This document shows, one piece after another, positions 9,024 to 18,016 of a DNA stretch of 64,000 nt. A program made the position numbers and the translations under genes. The stretch is taken from positions 2,378 to 66,377 of the forward strand of contig CBDDBE010000005.1 of NCBI GenBank assembly GCA_965225085.1, read 5' to 3'. Position 1 is the first letter of the stretch. The number at the start of each line of letters is the position of its first letter. Source of the stretch: an uncultured Candidatus Saccharibacteria bacterium (lineage in GTDB: Bacteria; Patescibacteriota; Saccharimonadia; Saccharimonadales; EFPC-124). The notes beneath the pieces were generated by a model that was not told the DNA's origin, did no database searches, and saw nothing but the letters and a program-made list of their open reading frames with translations.

Positions 9024-9109
9024 TTATGTTCTTCGGAGCGAAAGCATTATGACATTGCCGGCCCGACAAGTTCTAGGTACAATAAAGATACGACTAAGGA
9101 GAGACAGAC

Positions 9110-9550
9110 ATGCCAACGATTGATCAGCAATTTGTGGAATTCATTGTGAAGTCGCTTGTCAACAATCCCGATCACGTTGTGATCGAACGCCGCATCGACG
9201 AGAAAGGTGTACTGCTGGAATTAACTGTCGATCCAGATGATCTTGGTCGCATCATAGGCAAGCGTGGTGCGACGGCCCAGAGTTTGCGTACGCTTTTGCG
9301 GGCATTGGGGACTAAGAATGACGCTCGATATAATTTGAAGATCGTAGACAACGATTTGCCAGCCGACGACTCTGTACAGCAGACAGCCACCCCTGTTCGG
9401 GCGGATGATAGTGATGATTCAGCAAGCGTTTCAGATATGGACAGTGGAAAAGTTGTGGATAGCTCAACAGATACAGCTGTGGAAGAACAGGAAACAGTAG
9501 CTAGCCGCACGCGAAAAGAGCTTGCAGAGCTCGATGACCTCGATATATAA
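9110..9550 (+). CDS. KH-domain RNA-binding protein (YlqC/UPF0109-like) with an acidic tail
   Basis: LELTVDPDDLGRIIGKRGATAQSLRTLL (KH GxxG motif); usual position after rpsP. Confidence 0.75.
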   Translation: MPTIDQQFVEFIVKSLVNNPDHVVIERRIDEKGVLLELTVDPDDLGRIIGKRGATAQSLRTLLRALGTKNDARYNLKIVDNDLPADDSVQQTATPVRADDSDDSASVSDMDSGKVVDSSTDTAVEEQETVASRTRKELAELDDLDI

Positions 9551-9823
9551 TCATAGATAAGTTCGCAGGGCATGGCCCCGAACCGTAAAACAAAAACCAA
9601 AAGCTCATGCGAGCAACCATAGTCATCGGGGTGATGTCCGAAGGCATAAAGTTGAGAGCTTTATATGTGCTAGAAATGTCCTGGTTATGCCAGGCTTTTT
9701 TAGTTCTTGTAAAAATTATCTTTTGAAGTCAGTCCTATAAATGATATATTAGAAGTTCCAAACCATGGTTTTTGGCAAGATTATTTATTAACCCACAAGA
9801 AGCGAGGTTATTTTAAAAATCAT

Positions 9824-11290
9824 ATGTCAGAGTTTACTCCTTTCGAAAATGGCGCCGAGGAATTCCATCATGCAAACGGATTTAACGGGGTCGAAAGGGT
9901 GAATCACGCCCCGGTAAAAGTCCTGGACATAAACCATGAACACCTGTATCCAACAGCCGAGATACGAAGGCACAATCCTGATCTGATCGAGCTGGTGAGC
10001 TGGAGGGTGCTAGAGCTCGAAGGGCTCGAAGAGGACATGGACGGCTACAATCCATGCGCCTGCGATGGTGTGCGATTGCATGAGGATAGTGATGAGCTGA
10101 TGGATGTTGTCTTGGTCCGAACGGAGAAAAGCGAGGGCGACTACGATGCGTATGTGCGTATTTGTCAGCTAGATGCCAACGGTAGGCTGGTAGAAATCGA
10201 TGGGGTACCACGGCTGCATGGCGAAGACCCCATGATAGTTAGTCAGCCGGACGGGTCCGTGTATATAACGGTTGTCGAGGTTGACTGGGAAGGTAGCGGC
10301 TCGAAAAGAGTTTGCAAGAGTTACCATACGGCTTTGTATTATGGGCAATCTATAGATACGCTGCGGCTTATCGCGAGGCTTCCAGGTAAGGCAAATCGCA
10401 TGGTGGTCCTTCCGGACGAGGACGCCTTGGATGGTGAGCTGGATGGCGCAGATGAAGATGACACACATAAAGTAGTCTTGTATATTCGCCCGCAGGGAAA
10501 AATTAAAGTCCTAAATGACGAAGGTGTGCTCGTCGACGAAGATAACGCCCTGGGCCGCGCCAAATACATCGTCCTCGATGCGGCAATGCGTAAGCGACTT
10601 GAAACCGAACACGAGATGCATGGTAATATTGACGGTTTTGCCATGTGGGTTATGAGAGAGGCGAAATATGTCGGTAAAAGCGGTATCTACAAGGATTGGG
10701 GGGCGCTGAATGGCGGCGAGCATGTCGGTGGCGGTTGGGTTTTGAGCGCTGACCATGCAGCATCGAGGGCGTATGCGGTTGGCGCAGACCCGTATGACAA
10801 ATTTATATACTTCGACAATGGGGATGTTGCCTTGGATATGTCGGGCTACGCCCGGGAAACCAAGCACTATCTAGGGTATATCAAGTTTCATCACCCCGAG
10901 ACAAACAGAGGGTTCATTTTGGGCGTGAATGCACGTATTGAACATTTTGAAGGCCTAGAAGGCGCTGCCAAAGCTGAAGTCCTGGAGCTATTTAGCAGTG
11001 AGGGCGGTGTTGGCGGAGTGATCTACCCTGGCAGTGTCGATCGGGTTGAGGCTCACGCCGACGGATCTGTGACCTTTCGGCAGTTGCTTGGCATAGGTGA
11101 CGTCAAGATGGTGGAGGCTTGGTTCCGTATTCCGGCTAGGGTGTTCGAATCGCTGGACCATGAGGCGGCGGATGAGATCAGACGAGCGTTGTTTGAACGG
11201 CACGAAGCATTTCTGCAGCGGCGTCGGGGTGTGCTTGCCGAACACGCCATAGGCGTCTCGATCATGGCGGAGTATAGCGAAGCAAGTTAG
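9824..11290 (+). CDS. Hypothetical acidic cytoplasmic protein (488 aa) occupying the usual rimM position
   Basis: Long ORF with no TM segment or signal peptide and no motif I recognise. Preceded by a 273-bp AT-rich gap; ends 33 nt before trmD. Confidence 0.5.
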   Translation: MSEFTPFENGAEEFHHANGFNGVERVNHAPVKVLDINHEHLYPTAEIRRHNPDLIELVSWRVLELEGLEEDMDGYNPCACDGVRLHEDSDELMDVVLVRTEKSEGDYDAYVRICQLDANGRLVEIDGVPRLHGEDPMIVSQPDGSVYITVVEVDWEGSGSKRVCKSYHTALYYGQSIDTLRLIARLPGKANRMVVLPDEDALDGELDGADEDDTHKVVLYIRPQGKIKVLNDEGVLVDEDNALGRAKYIVLDAAMRKRLETEHEMHGNIDGFAMWVMREAKYVGKSGIYKDWGALNGGEHVGGGWVLSADHAASRAYAVGADPYDKFIYFDNGDVALDMSGYARETKHYLGYIKFHHPETNRGFILGVNARIEHFEGLEGAAKAEVLELFSSEGGVGGVIYPGSVDRVEAHADGSVTFRQLLGIGDVKMVEAWFRIPARVFESLDHEAADEIRRALFERHEAFLQRRRGVLAEHAIGVSIMAEYSEAS

Positions 11291-11323
11291 AGCTATGTCC
11301 ACTATTGCGTTATAATAAATATC

Positions 11324-11995
11324 ATGACAAAACCACGCCTTGTGCAAGTTATTACTCTTTTCCCCGACATGTTTACGGGTGTGTTTGGCGCGAGTATGCT
11401 GTGGAAGGCACAGGACCAGCACATCGTGAAGCTGACGACAGTTGATCTGCGCGAATTCGGCCTTGGCCCTCGGCGGCAAGTGGACGATACGCCATATGGC
11501 GGCGGGGATGGTATGCTGCTGAAGCCCGAGCCGCTCTTTGCGGCAGTAGAGGCGGCAAAACAGAATGACACCGATGCTCAGGTCCTGCTGATGACACCGC
11601 GTGGCGAGCGCTGGCATCAGGCGCTGGCGCAGGAATTTGCTGACGATCAGCGCGGGCTGATTATTATATCCGGACGCTACGAGGGCTATGACGAGCGCAT
11701 TACGTCAATTGTCGATCGCCACATTTCAGTGGGTGATTATGTACTGACGGGCGGGGAGATTCCCGCAATGGCCGTTGTGGATAGCGTCACTCGACTTATT
11801 CCTGGCGTGCTGGGCGGCGAGCAATCGGCCGCAATCGAAAGCTTTAGCGATGGCCAGACGCTTGAATTCCCGCAATACACCCGCCCGGCAGAGTTCCGTG
11901 GCATGAAGGTTCCAGACGTTTTGCTCAGCGGCAATCACGGCCAGATTGAGGCCTGGCGCAAGGCCCACACGCAACAAAACAGTCATCTCCAATAG
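11324..11995 (+). CDS. trmD: tRNA (guanine37-N1)-methyltransferase
   Basis: VITLFPDMF, DDTPYGGGDGMLLKPEP, IISGRYEGYDERI, VGDYVLTGGEIPAMAVVDSVTRLIPGVLG. Confidence 0.92.
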   Translation: MTKPRLVQVITLFPDMFTGVFGASMLWKAQDQHIVKLTTVDLREFGLGPRRQVDDTPYGGGDGMLLKPEPLFAAVEAAKQNDTDAQVLLMTPRGERWHQALAQEFADDQRGLIIISGRYEGYDERITSIVDRHISVGDYVLTGGEIPAMAVVDSVTRLIPGVLGGEQSAAIESFSDGQTLEFPQYTRPAEFRGMKVPDVLLSGNHGQIEAWRKAHTQQNSHLQ

Positions 11996-12012
11996 GAAGC
12001 GCGTATTTTGAA

Positions 12013-12056
12013 AAGCTGCCCCGCCGCATTCGCGTGAACGAAAGGCGGGGCAGCTT
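12013..12056. terminator. Stem-loop between convergent genes (13-bp arms aagctgccccgcc/ggcggggcagctt)
   Basis: Perfect inverted repeat between the trmD stop (11995) and the stop of the 12060 minus-strand gene. Confidence 0.55.
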
Positions 12057-12059
12057 GAC

Positions 12060-12533
12060 TCAGTTGACGAGCGGGCAGAACTTCAAGTTCAGGGCTGCCT
12101 CGATCGTTTCTTGGCTCTGGCTGGAAGTCCTGAGCTCCCTGGCAAGCAGCTCAAGGTGCTCTCGGCATTCTTGAGCCTGAGCGGGCGTGAGCGTACAGAT
12201 CGCAATGGCAAGGCATGCCTCGCACGTTGCTGCCGGAGAATGATGCTTCAGCCCTGCCGGAGGCATCTTGGGGTTGAACCCCATGCTAGTCCGTATGCTT
12301 GGCATGAGCGCCATAGCTGCTACGGTTGTGCCGTAATTCTTGCAGCCTTTTTCGATAAGTGGCGCGCATGACTCCGCGAGGGTGCGCTCGCGTGCGCTCA
12401 TGTATTGCGTCAGATCGGTAGTTCCATATGGTACCGCCATGAAGCCGGTGACCGGGAGCTGGACATCTATACTCAGTCTCCTCACCACATGGGGCGTCAT
12501 CACTCTGAACAGATGAAACTCGTAATCTGGCAC
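12060..12533 (-). CDS. Hypothetical protein (157 aa), paralog of 13384-13866
   Basis: Shares YEFHLFRVM / PVTGFMAVPYGT / LKHHSPAATCEAC blocks with YELHFFLVEIM / PVCGIVAVPQAT / LRHSSPPQSCELC of the other copy. Confidence 0.5.
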   Translation of the reverse strand: MPDYEFHLFRVMTPHVVRRLSIDVQLPVTGFMAVPYGTTDLTQYMSARERTLAESCAPLIEKGCKNYGTTVAAMALMPSIRTSMGFNPKMPPAGLKHHSPAATCEACLAIAICTLTPAQAQECREHLELLARELRTSSQSQETIEAALNLKFCPLVN

Positions 12534-12740
12534 GGCTCCTCCAAGCGAGGGTGGGAAGGCGCGTCGCGTTTGCGAAACGTGATTATATTACCATAAAGAT
12601 ATCCAAATAACAAATCCTAAGGCGTAGCGTGCTAGGCCGAGGCAGAGCCCCGCAAGGATTGTTGCGAGCCAATCGATCAAATAAGGACTAGGGTTTTGAT
12701 GATCGTCCCGCCCAGTGGTGAAAGGGCGGGACGATCGTGC

Positions 12741-13214
12741 TTATCGAAGCTCCTCGACGTGGCCGTCATTGATGAGGAGGTGTGCTACGGTACCTCCGGG
12801 GCTGACGAGGCGTGCCGTTATTTCATTCGGGCGATTTGGCCCGTCAACCGGAACCAGCTCCCACCCTGGCGGAAAGTCGACCAGGATGAGATTGTTGTAA
12901 TAGTTGCCCCTTTCCTTCTGTGGGTTGGAATCGAACACGAAGCCTGCTTCCTCGAGGGTCCGCAAGAATTCGTCGAGCCCCCATGTCGGCAGCGCACACC
13001 TCCAACTGGCCAGGAGCTCCACCCAGGCTTGCCGCTCGGCAGCGATCCTCAATTGGATATCGCCCCAGTGGTCAAGCTCGGGATTCTTGCGCCAGGTCTT
13101 GAAAAGCTCTTCGGCTCGTTCTTCCCAGGCGGCTGCCTCGCTCGCCTGATCGCGTCCGAAGAAGGTCGCCCGTGTTTGGCTGGGCACTGACAGTCCCATG
13201 GCATCTCCATTCAT
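12741..13214 (-). CDS. Hypothetical protein (157 aa)
   Basis: ORF track; GC-rich; followed by a 13-bp-arm hairpin at 12701-12736. No known motif. Confidence 0.45.
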   Translation of the reverse strand: MNGDAMGLSVPSQTRATFFGRDQASEAAAWEERAEELFKTWRKNPELDHWGDIQLRIAAERQAWVELLASWRCALPTWGLDEFLRTLEEAGFVFDSNPQKERGNYYNNLILVDFPPGWELVPVDGPNRPNEITARLVSPGGTVAHLLINDGHVEELR

Positions 13215-13383
13215 CGATGCTGCAACTTATCGGCAGAGTTGCCGATAAGTGTAGGGGATAGTGTAGTAGTTGTTATCTCGCGAGTCAATGGTGTAATGAA
13301 GGGGCTCGAGGGGTGGCGTCGAAGATCAGATCAATTTTTGAGCCCGCGCCATACCGTCTCCGGAAATGGCGCGGACGTTCATG

Positions 13384-13866
13384 CTAGCCGTGATGCAGCA
13401 AGTCGATACCTCCGTGTGTGTTGAGGATCTCCTCTAGCCTAGCGCGGCTGATGGTCCCAGAAAAGCTGATAGCCACCCATCGCTGGAGCCCGAGGGCTGC
13501 CGATGCATAGTCCGCGGGACTAATCAGCGCCATGCATGATGCTTTGCAAAGCTCACACGACTGGGGCGGTGACGAGTGCCGCAAGCTCTCGTCGGGCAGC
13601 TCTACGCCGAAGTCCAGAGCCTCGGGATCGAAAACCGCCATTCGGAAAAGCTCAGCCAGGTTTAGACTCTGAGCGCGAAGCCTTGCCGCATGCGCCTGAT
13701 TGTCACGCACGAAGGCGTCGACATTGAGCGTTGCCTGTGGCACGGCGACAATCCCGCAAACAGGGACGGTGGAGCGTATTCCGTGAGCCGAATGCATGAT
13801 TTCGACCAGGAAAAAGTGCAGCTCGTAGGGTGGTGGACCCGATGCGGCGCTGTTGCTGGCGGGCAT
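13384..13866 (-). CDS. Hypothetical protein (160 aa), paralog of 12060-12533
   Basis: See the paralog blocks above. A hairpin (ccgcgccat/atggcgcgg) lies at 13344-13374 after the stop. Confidence 0.5.
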   Translation of the reverse strand: MPASNSAASGPPPYELHFFLVEIMHSAHGIRSTVPVCGIVAVPQATLNVDAFVRDNQAHAARLRAQSLNLAELFRMAVFDPEALDFGVELPDESLRHSSPPQSCELCKASCMALISPADYASAALGLQRWVAISFSGTISRARLEEILNTHGGIDLLHHG

Positions 13867-14211
13867 GGGCTATCCTTTCATGTATTCGTCGTTGACGAAA
13901 GCGGATTGAGCGGACCGTAGCCTACTATATCACGGGTTGGTTATTATGAAAAAAGAGGCATCGTTGCCCCTACATACATATACCGTTAAAGCCAGAGTAA
14001 ACATCCGTCGCTGGTGAGGGCCAGTCGAGTCAAATGTTTACTCGGCCAAAACAAGAACTGGTTGTTGTGGTGGTGGTCGAGCGAAACGTTTTCCAACCGT
14101 GTTACGTGTTGATTGGTTTTTGTTTTTAATATTCGCTTATGATTAGTCTATCGGGTGGCGCATAAAAAAGCAAGTGGTTATAATGAAATTACAGTCATAA
14201 AGGAGCCGAGC

Positions 14212-14628
14212 ATGAATTTGTTTGAACGTTTTATTAAGCCAGTGAGCGCGCATTGTGATATTCCGTGCGGCATTTACGAGACAGACACCATGACCCATGC
14301 GGCTACAACGTGTGTGCGAATGTGCGAGAAGATTGCCGCACTCGAAGGTGCCGACCAGGAGAAGTCTGATGCGCATAATAATTTCATCAGGATGGTAATG
14401 ACCAAGGAGCGCCACGCAAGTGCCTGCAAAGAGCAGCTGTATATCCTGTGGAGTGATTATTTCAAGCCTGAGCACCTCGAGAAATTCCCCAATCTGCACG
14501 ACAAATTCTGGCAAGCTGCCAAGCAATGCGGTAAGGTCAAGCAATCAATCAACAAGCAAGAAGCCGACAAGCTAGTCGAGATGGTGCACGATATTGCACA
14601 TATGTTTGCAGATTCGCAGCAGGCCTAA
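14212..14628 (+). CDS. sodN: Nickel superoxide dismutase precursor
   Basis: MNLFERFIKPVSA | HCDIPCGIY (Ni-hook H-C-x-x-P-C-G-x-Y after the pro-peptide), LWSDYFKPEHLEKFPNLH. aaaggag RBS before ATG 14212 (the track ORF starts earlier, at 14155). Confidence 0.9.
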   Translation: MNLFERFIKPVSAHCDIPCGIYETDTMTHAATTCVRMCEKIAALEGADQEKSDAHNNFIRMVMTKERHASACKEQLYILWSDYFKPEHLEKFPNLHDKFWQAAKQCGKVKQSINKQEADKLVEMVHDIAHMFADSQQA

Positions 14629-14633
14629 AAGGG

Positions 14634-14903
14634 ATGATTCGACGAGTTGAAGGGATGAGCATGATGCCAACGTATCGCCCGGGAGCGGTAGTTGTCGGCA
14701 CGCGCATGCTGAAGCCGCGCATTGGCAGCGTCGTGGTAGCTCAGCTGCGGGACCGCGAGATTTTGAAGCGTGTGGCGCACATTGGGCCCGACGGGTATTA
14801 CCTGTTAGGCGACAATCCGGCTCAAAGCTCGGATAGCCGCACGTATGGGTGGTTCGATAAAAGCCTGGTAAAAGGCGTCGTAATAGGGAGTATAGTTCGA
14901 TGA
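14634..14903 (+). CDS. sodX: NiSOD maturation protease (S26 signal-peptidase-like)
   Basis: VEGMSMMPTYRPGAVVV.., GDNPAQSSDSRTYGW; directly downstream of sodN. Confidence 0.8.
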   Translation: MIRRVEGMSMMPTYRPGAVVVGTRMLKPRIGSVVVAQLRDREILKRVAHIGPDGYYLLGDNPAQSSDSRTYGWFDKSLVKGVVIGSIVR

Positions 14904-15385
14904 TTCATTTTGCAACCGCAACTCAGCCGGCGCCAGCTCGGAACACATGGTCCGTAGCGCTGGGATACATAGTAGCATTCGGAGCCACGGGCATGGCTGT
15001 GGCGCAGATGGTAAGCTTCGAAGATTTCGTGGAAGCGCTTCGTAGCTATCATCTAACCGGAAGCCGTGGCACGTTGGCGCTGGCCATATCATTGCTGGTG
15101 ATCGAGATATTTTCGGTACCGGTGCTGTTTCGTTTGGCGTTAAGTCCGGCAGCTCGAGCTGTGGGCACTGCGTTTGTGCTTTTGGCACCACTCGTGTGGA
15201 CGGCTTTGACTGTTATGGCTCTGATGGGCGGGGCGCAGGTGGTCAACGCCGGTTATGCTGGCGGATTTGTGAAGCTAGGTGTTGGCGGATTGGTTTTGAT
15301 GCTGGATATTGTATGGGCTGCGGCTGCCAGTGTGTACGCCCGGGGGCTGATTGCCGACACACGCAAGTGGCTCAGTAATATGTAA
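14900..15385 (+). CDS. Integral membrane protein (about 4 TM), ATGA-coupled to sodX
   Basis: Hydrophobic ORF whose start overlaps the sodX stop. Function unknown (MauE/DoxX-like at best). Confidence 0.55.
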   Translation: MIHFATATQPAPARNTWSVALGYIVAFGATGMAVAQMVSFEDFVEALRSYHLTGSRGTLALAISLLVIEIFSVPVLFRLALSPAARAVGTAFVLLAPLVWTALTVMALMGGAQVVNAGYAGGFVKLGVGGLVLMLDIVWAAAASVYARGLIADTRKWLSNM

Positions 15386-15387
15386 AA

Positions 15388-15425
15388 GCCCCCGCCACGC
15401 TCCAGGGCAGGAAGCGAGCGGGGGC
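15388..15425. terminator. Stem-loop between convergent genes (8-bp GC arms gcccccgc/gcgggggc)
   Basis: Inverted repeat starting 3 nt after the stop at 15385. Confidence 0.4.
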
Positions 15426-15445
15426 GGAATAGCCGGTCGATAGAA

Positions 15446-15646
15446 CTAGCGCTTCTGGCCGAGGGCGGTCCTCATAGCCTCTGCCGCCGCCAGGTTACTC
15501 CGGAGGCCCTCGAGGAGTGTATTGTAGTCCGTCTCGGTGCCTATGAGCGAACGCACCCTCGTCAGAACTTCCTCGGGTTGGCAGCCCAGAAGCACCGTGA
15601 GGTCATGGACGATCTGGTCACTACCTTGGGCGTTTGTCGCAGCCAT
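15446..15646 (-). CDS. Hypothetical small protein (66 aa)
   Basis: ORF track only. Confidence 0.3.
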   Translation of the reverse strand: MAATNAQGSDQIVHDLTVLLGCQPEEVLTRVRSLIGTETDYNTLLEGLRSNLAAAEAMRTALGQKR

Positions 15647-15786
15647 TTTCTGTAGCTTCTTTCAGCTCAGCTGCTGCACTCCAATTTGAAGCGCAGGGTG
15701 TTGCTTTTCGCTGGTACGTTTTTACGTAGTATGGTTGATCAGACTTTATTCACTATAACATATAAAAAATTTCGAGCAAGTTTATG

Positions 15787-16809
15787 TTATGATGTAGCCC
15801 GAGATTTAGACAGTCGACGTTTGCGGTCAGATTCGTCCTCGATCTCGTGCCCGACGATCTCTTCGATGAGGTCTTCAATAGTCGCCACGCCCACGATTTT
15901 GTCCGCACGTTCGACTGGCACCAGATGCGCATCGCCCTTAATGAATTTGCGTAGCAATGTATCGAGTGCTGTCTTGCTGCCGACAACTTCGGTCGCGTGC
16001 AGTGGCAGGTCGTGGACAAACACCGGTTCTTCGTCAAAATCAAAATCGATGAGGTCTTTCATCAGCACAAGCCCGAAGCAGATAGTGCGTTGTTTGTTCA
16101 TGACGGGAATACGGCTCCTGCCCTGCGCCTTGATCTCGTCTATTTTGGCATCGTTGACGAGCTCATTTGGTAGCAAGTAGTAAACTTCCTTGATGGGCGT
16201 CATGATGTCGCTGACCTTCTTCTCGCTGAGCGTTAGCGCACCACGCATGATCTCGATCTCGTCGTTGTCGAGCTCACTATCGTCGTGGCCAACGTGCTCG
16301 CTGATCAGTAGCCCCAGTTCCTCGCGGCTTTGCAGGACGGCTGAGCTGCCGGTGCCAAAGAGGTGGTCCAGCAGTAGCTGCAACGGCTTCGAGATAATGT
16401 ACGTGACAAATATCATACCACGCAGCAGTGGCGCAAACCGCGCGCTGATACTGAGTGCTCGCTTGGCAAAGAACGCCTGGGGTAGGATCTCGCCGAAGAC
16501 CACGATGAGGAGCGTGCTGATAATACCAGCCAATACGCCGTTGATATAGTGTTCAAGTACTAGTGAAGAGGCTGAGACGGCCCCAATATTTGTCAGCAGA
16601 ATCGCGGCCAGGCTCAGATGTGTGTTCTTGCGCAGGGGCAATACCCGTTGGGCGCGCACATCACCGAGCTTTGCCTTGCGGCGGAGGTCCGACAGCTCCA
16701 GAGTCATGAGGGCAATATTAAGCCCGGAGCATGCAGCCGACAGGCCAAGCAACAGTAATAACTCACAGGGAAGCAGCAGTAAGGATGTTTCCATAAAATA
16801 ACGCCCCAT
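15787..16809 (-). CDS. CNNM/DUF21 transmembrane domain plus CBS-pair protein (hemolysin/CorB-like)
   Basis: N-terminal 4-TM region (LNIALMTLELSDLRR, GEILPQAFFAKRAL), then a CBS-pair-like region (VSDIMTPIKEV.., RSRIPVMNK.., VGVATIEDLIEEIVGHEIEDE). Confidence 0.75.
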   Translation of the reverse strand: MGRYFMETSLLLLPCELLLLLGLSAACSGLNIALMTLELSDLRRKAKLGDVRAQRVLPLRKNTHLSLAAILLTNIGAVSASSLVLEHYINGVLAGIISTLLIVVFGEILPQAFFAKRALSISARFAPLLRGMIFVTYIISKPLQLLLDHLFGTGSSAVLQSREELGLLISEHVGHDDSELDNDEIEIMRGALTLSEKKVSDIMTPIKEVYYLLPNELVNDAKIDEIKAQGRSRIPVMNKQRTICFGLVLMKDLIDFDFDEEPVFVHDLPLHATEVVGSKTALDTLLRKFIKGDAHLVPVERADKIVGVATIEDLIEEIVGHEIEDESDRKRRLSKSRATS

Positions 16810-16880
16810 TTGGGCAGATGCTATCTATTATACTTCACTCTAACCGTAAATCAAAAACATTTTGGGCGTATGAGCAGAAA

Positions 16881-17144
16881 TTATAATAAATGTTCCGATT
16901 CGCGTGCGAGTTTACGCTGGGCCATAGCCGCCAAAATTGACACGATAGCTAAATAGCTAAGCCCCGATAAACAGGCTGAGGCCAAGTGGGCGGGCTGAAT
17001 TATAACAAGTAACGTGCCGCTGGCGAATGTTGCGGCGATCAGCGCGTAGGTTGCGCGAAGTTTGGCGCTGCTTGGTTTTGCCAGCGAAAAACAGCTTGAT
17101 GCAATGCTGGTGAGCGCGATTGAAATATGAAGGAGTAAAAGCAT
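16881..17144 (-). CDS. Small membrane protein (87 aa) downstream of cyoE
   Basis: Three hydrophobic segments; 13 nt after the cyoE stop on the same strand. Confidence 0.4.
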   Translation of the reverse strand: MLLLLHISIALTSIASSCFSLAKPSSAKLRATYALIAATFASGTLLVIIQPAHLASACLSGLSYLAIVSILAAMAQRKLARESEHLL

Positions 17145-17156
17145 ATGCTTAGTATA

Positions 17157-18014
17157 CTACGGCAGCCACGGGCTGAGCGAAATGCTAGCGCAAAAAGTAA
17201 TAAGCACGATCAGCGAAAACCCAAACATACTGCGTGCCCACTGGTCATCGTCCTGCGCGCGAAAGCCCTTGAGTCCCCGCCACAACCACACTGCCCCAAC
17301 AATCATCATGATGAACAAATAGGTAACGCCCGTAACGCCGACGGCCGTAAGTGCCGCCGAGGCAATTATGAAGGCGACTATGTAGATCATAATGTACACC
17401 TTGGTCGTCTTTTTGCCGCGTACCAGAGGGAGTACTGGGATATGGGCGGCGGAGTATTCGGGCGAGCGATAGATGGATATGGCGTAGAAATGCGGCATCT
17501 GCCAAAGAGCCAGAATGACGAAGAGCAGAAGCGCGCCAATGTCTAGTTGATTAGTCACGGCCACGTATCCGACCACAAGCGGCACAGCGCCTGAAATACT
17601 CCCGACAACTGTACCGAGCGATGACCGGCGTTTCCAATAGCCGTACACCGCCACATAGAAAAACCAACCGAACAGTGCCACGCCAACGGTGAGGAGGTTG
17701 GTTTGTAGTAGGCTGACGATACCGATAATCCCCAGAGCGGTCGCATACAGCAGCGCTGCACGGGCTGATATCTCGCCGGTGACGAGCGAGCGTTTTTTGG
17801 TGCGTTTCATTTTGGCGTCGATGCCGCGGTCGATGTAATTGTTGACCACGCAGCCTGAAGCGATGACAAAGCAGATGCCGACTAACATCGCCGCAAAGAG
17901 TCTGCCGTCCAGGTGCGCTTGCGAAGCAAGGAAGAAGCCGCCAATTGCCGACAGCGCATTGCCATACACGATGCCCGGCTTGGTTAGCCGGTAGTAGGCC
18001 TGGACCGATGCCAC
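17157..18014 (-). CDS. cyoE: Protoheme IX farnesyltransferase (heme O synthase)
   Basis: YYRLTKPGIVYGNALSAIGGFFLAS, VVNNYIDRGIDAKMKRTKKR. I prefer the GTG at 18014, directly after the cyoD stop; the track ORF extends to 18095. Confidence 0.85.
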   Translation of the reverse strand: MASVQAYYRLTKPGIVYGNALSAIGGFFLASQAHLDGRLFAAMLVGICFVIASGCVVNNYIDRGIDAKMKRTKKRSLVTGEISARAALLYATALGIIGIVSLLQTNLLTVGVALFGWFFYVAVYGYWKRRSSLGTVVGSISGAVPLVVGYVAVTNQLDIGALLLFVILALWQMPHFYAISIYRSPEYSAAHIPVLPLVRGKKTTKVYIMIYIVAFIIASAALTAVGVTGVTYLFIMMIVGAVWLWRGLKGFRAQDDDQWARSMFGFSLIVLITFCASISLSPWLP

Positions 18015-18016
18015 GG

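Noticed and set aside
9551-9823. Structured ncRNA (SRP RNA, RNase P, tmRNA, 6S) in the AT-rich gap after the KH gene and in other gaps over 200 bp
   Set aside because: I could not find any of the conserved cores I remember for these RNAs. Only a weak 5-bp hairpin with a T-run at about 9679-9705 was present.
10988-11617. 209-aa minus-strand ORF spanning the end of the 488-aa gene and the start of trmD
   Set aside because: It overlaps two well-supported plus-strand genes, including highly conserved TrmD motifs, so it is an antisense artefact.
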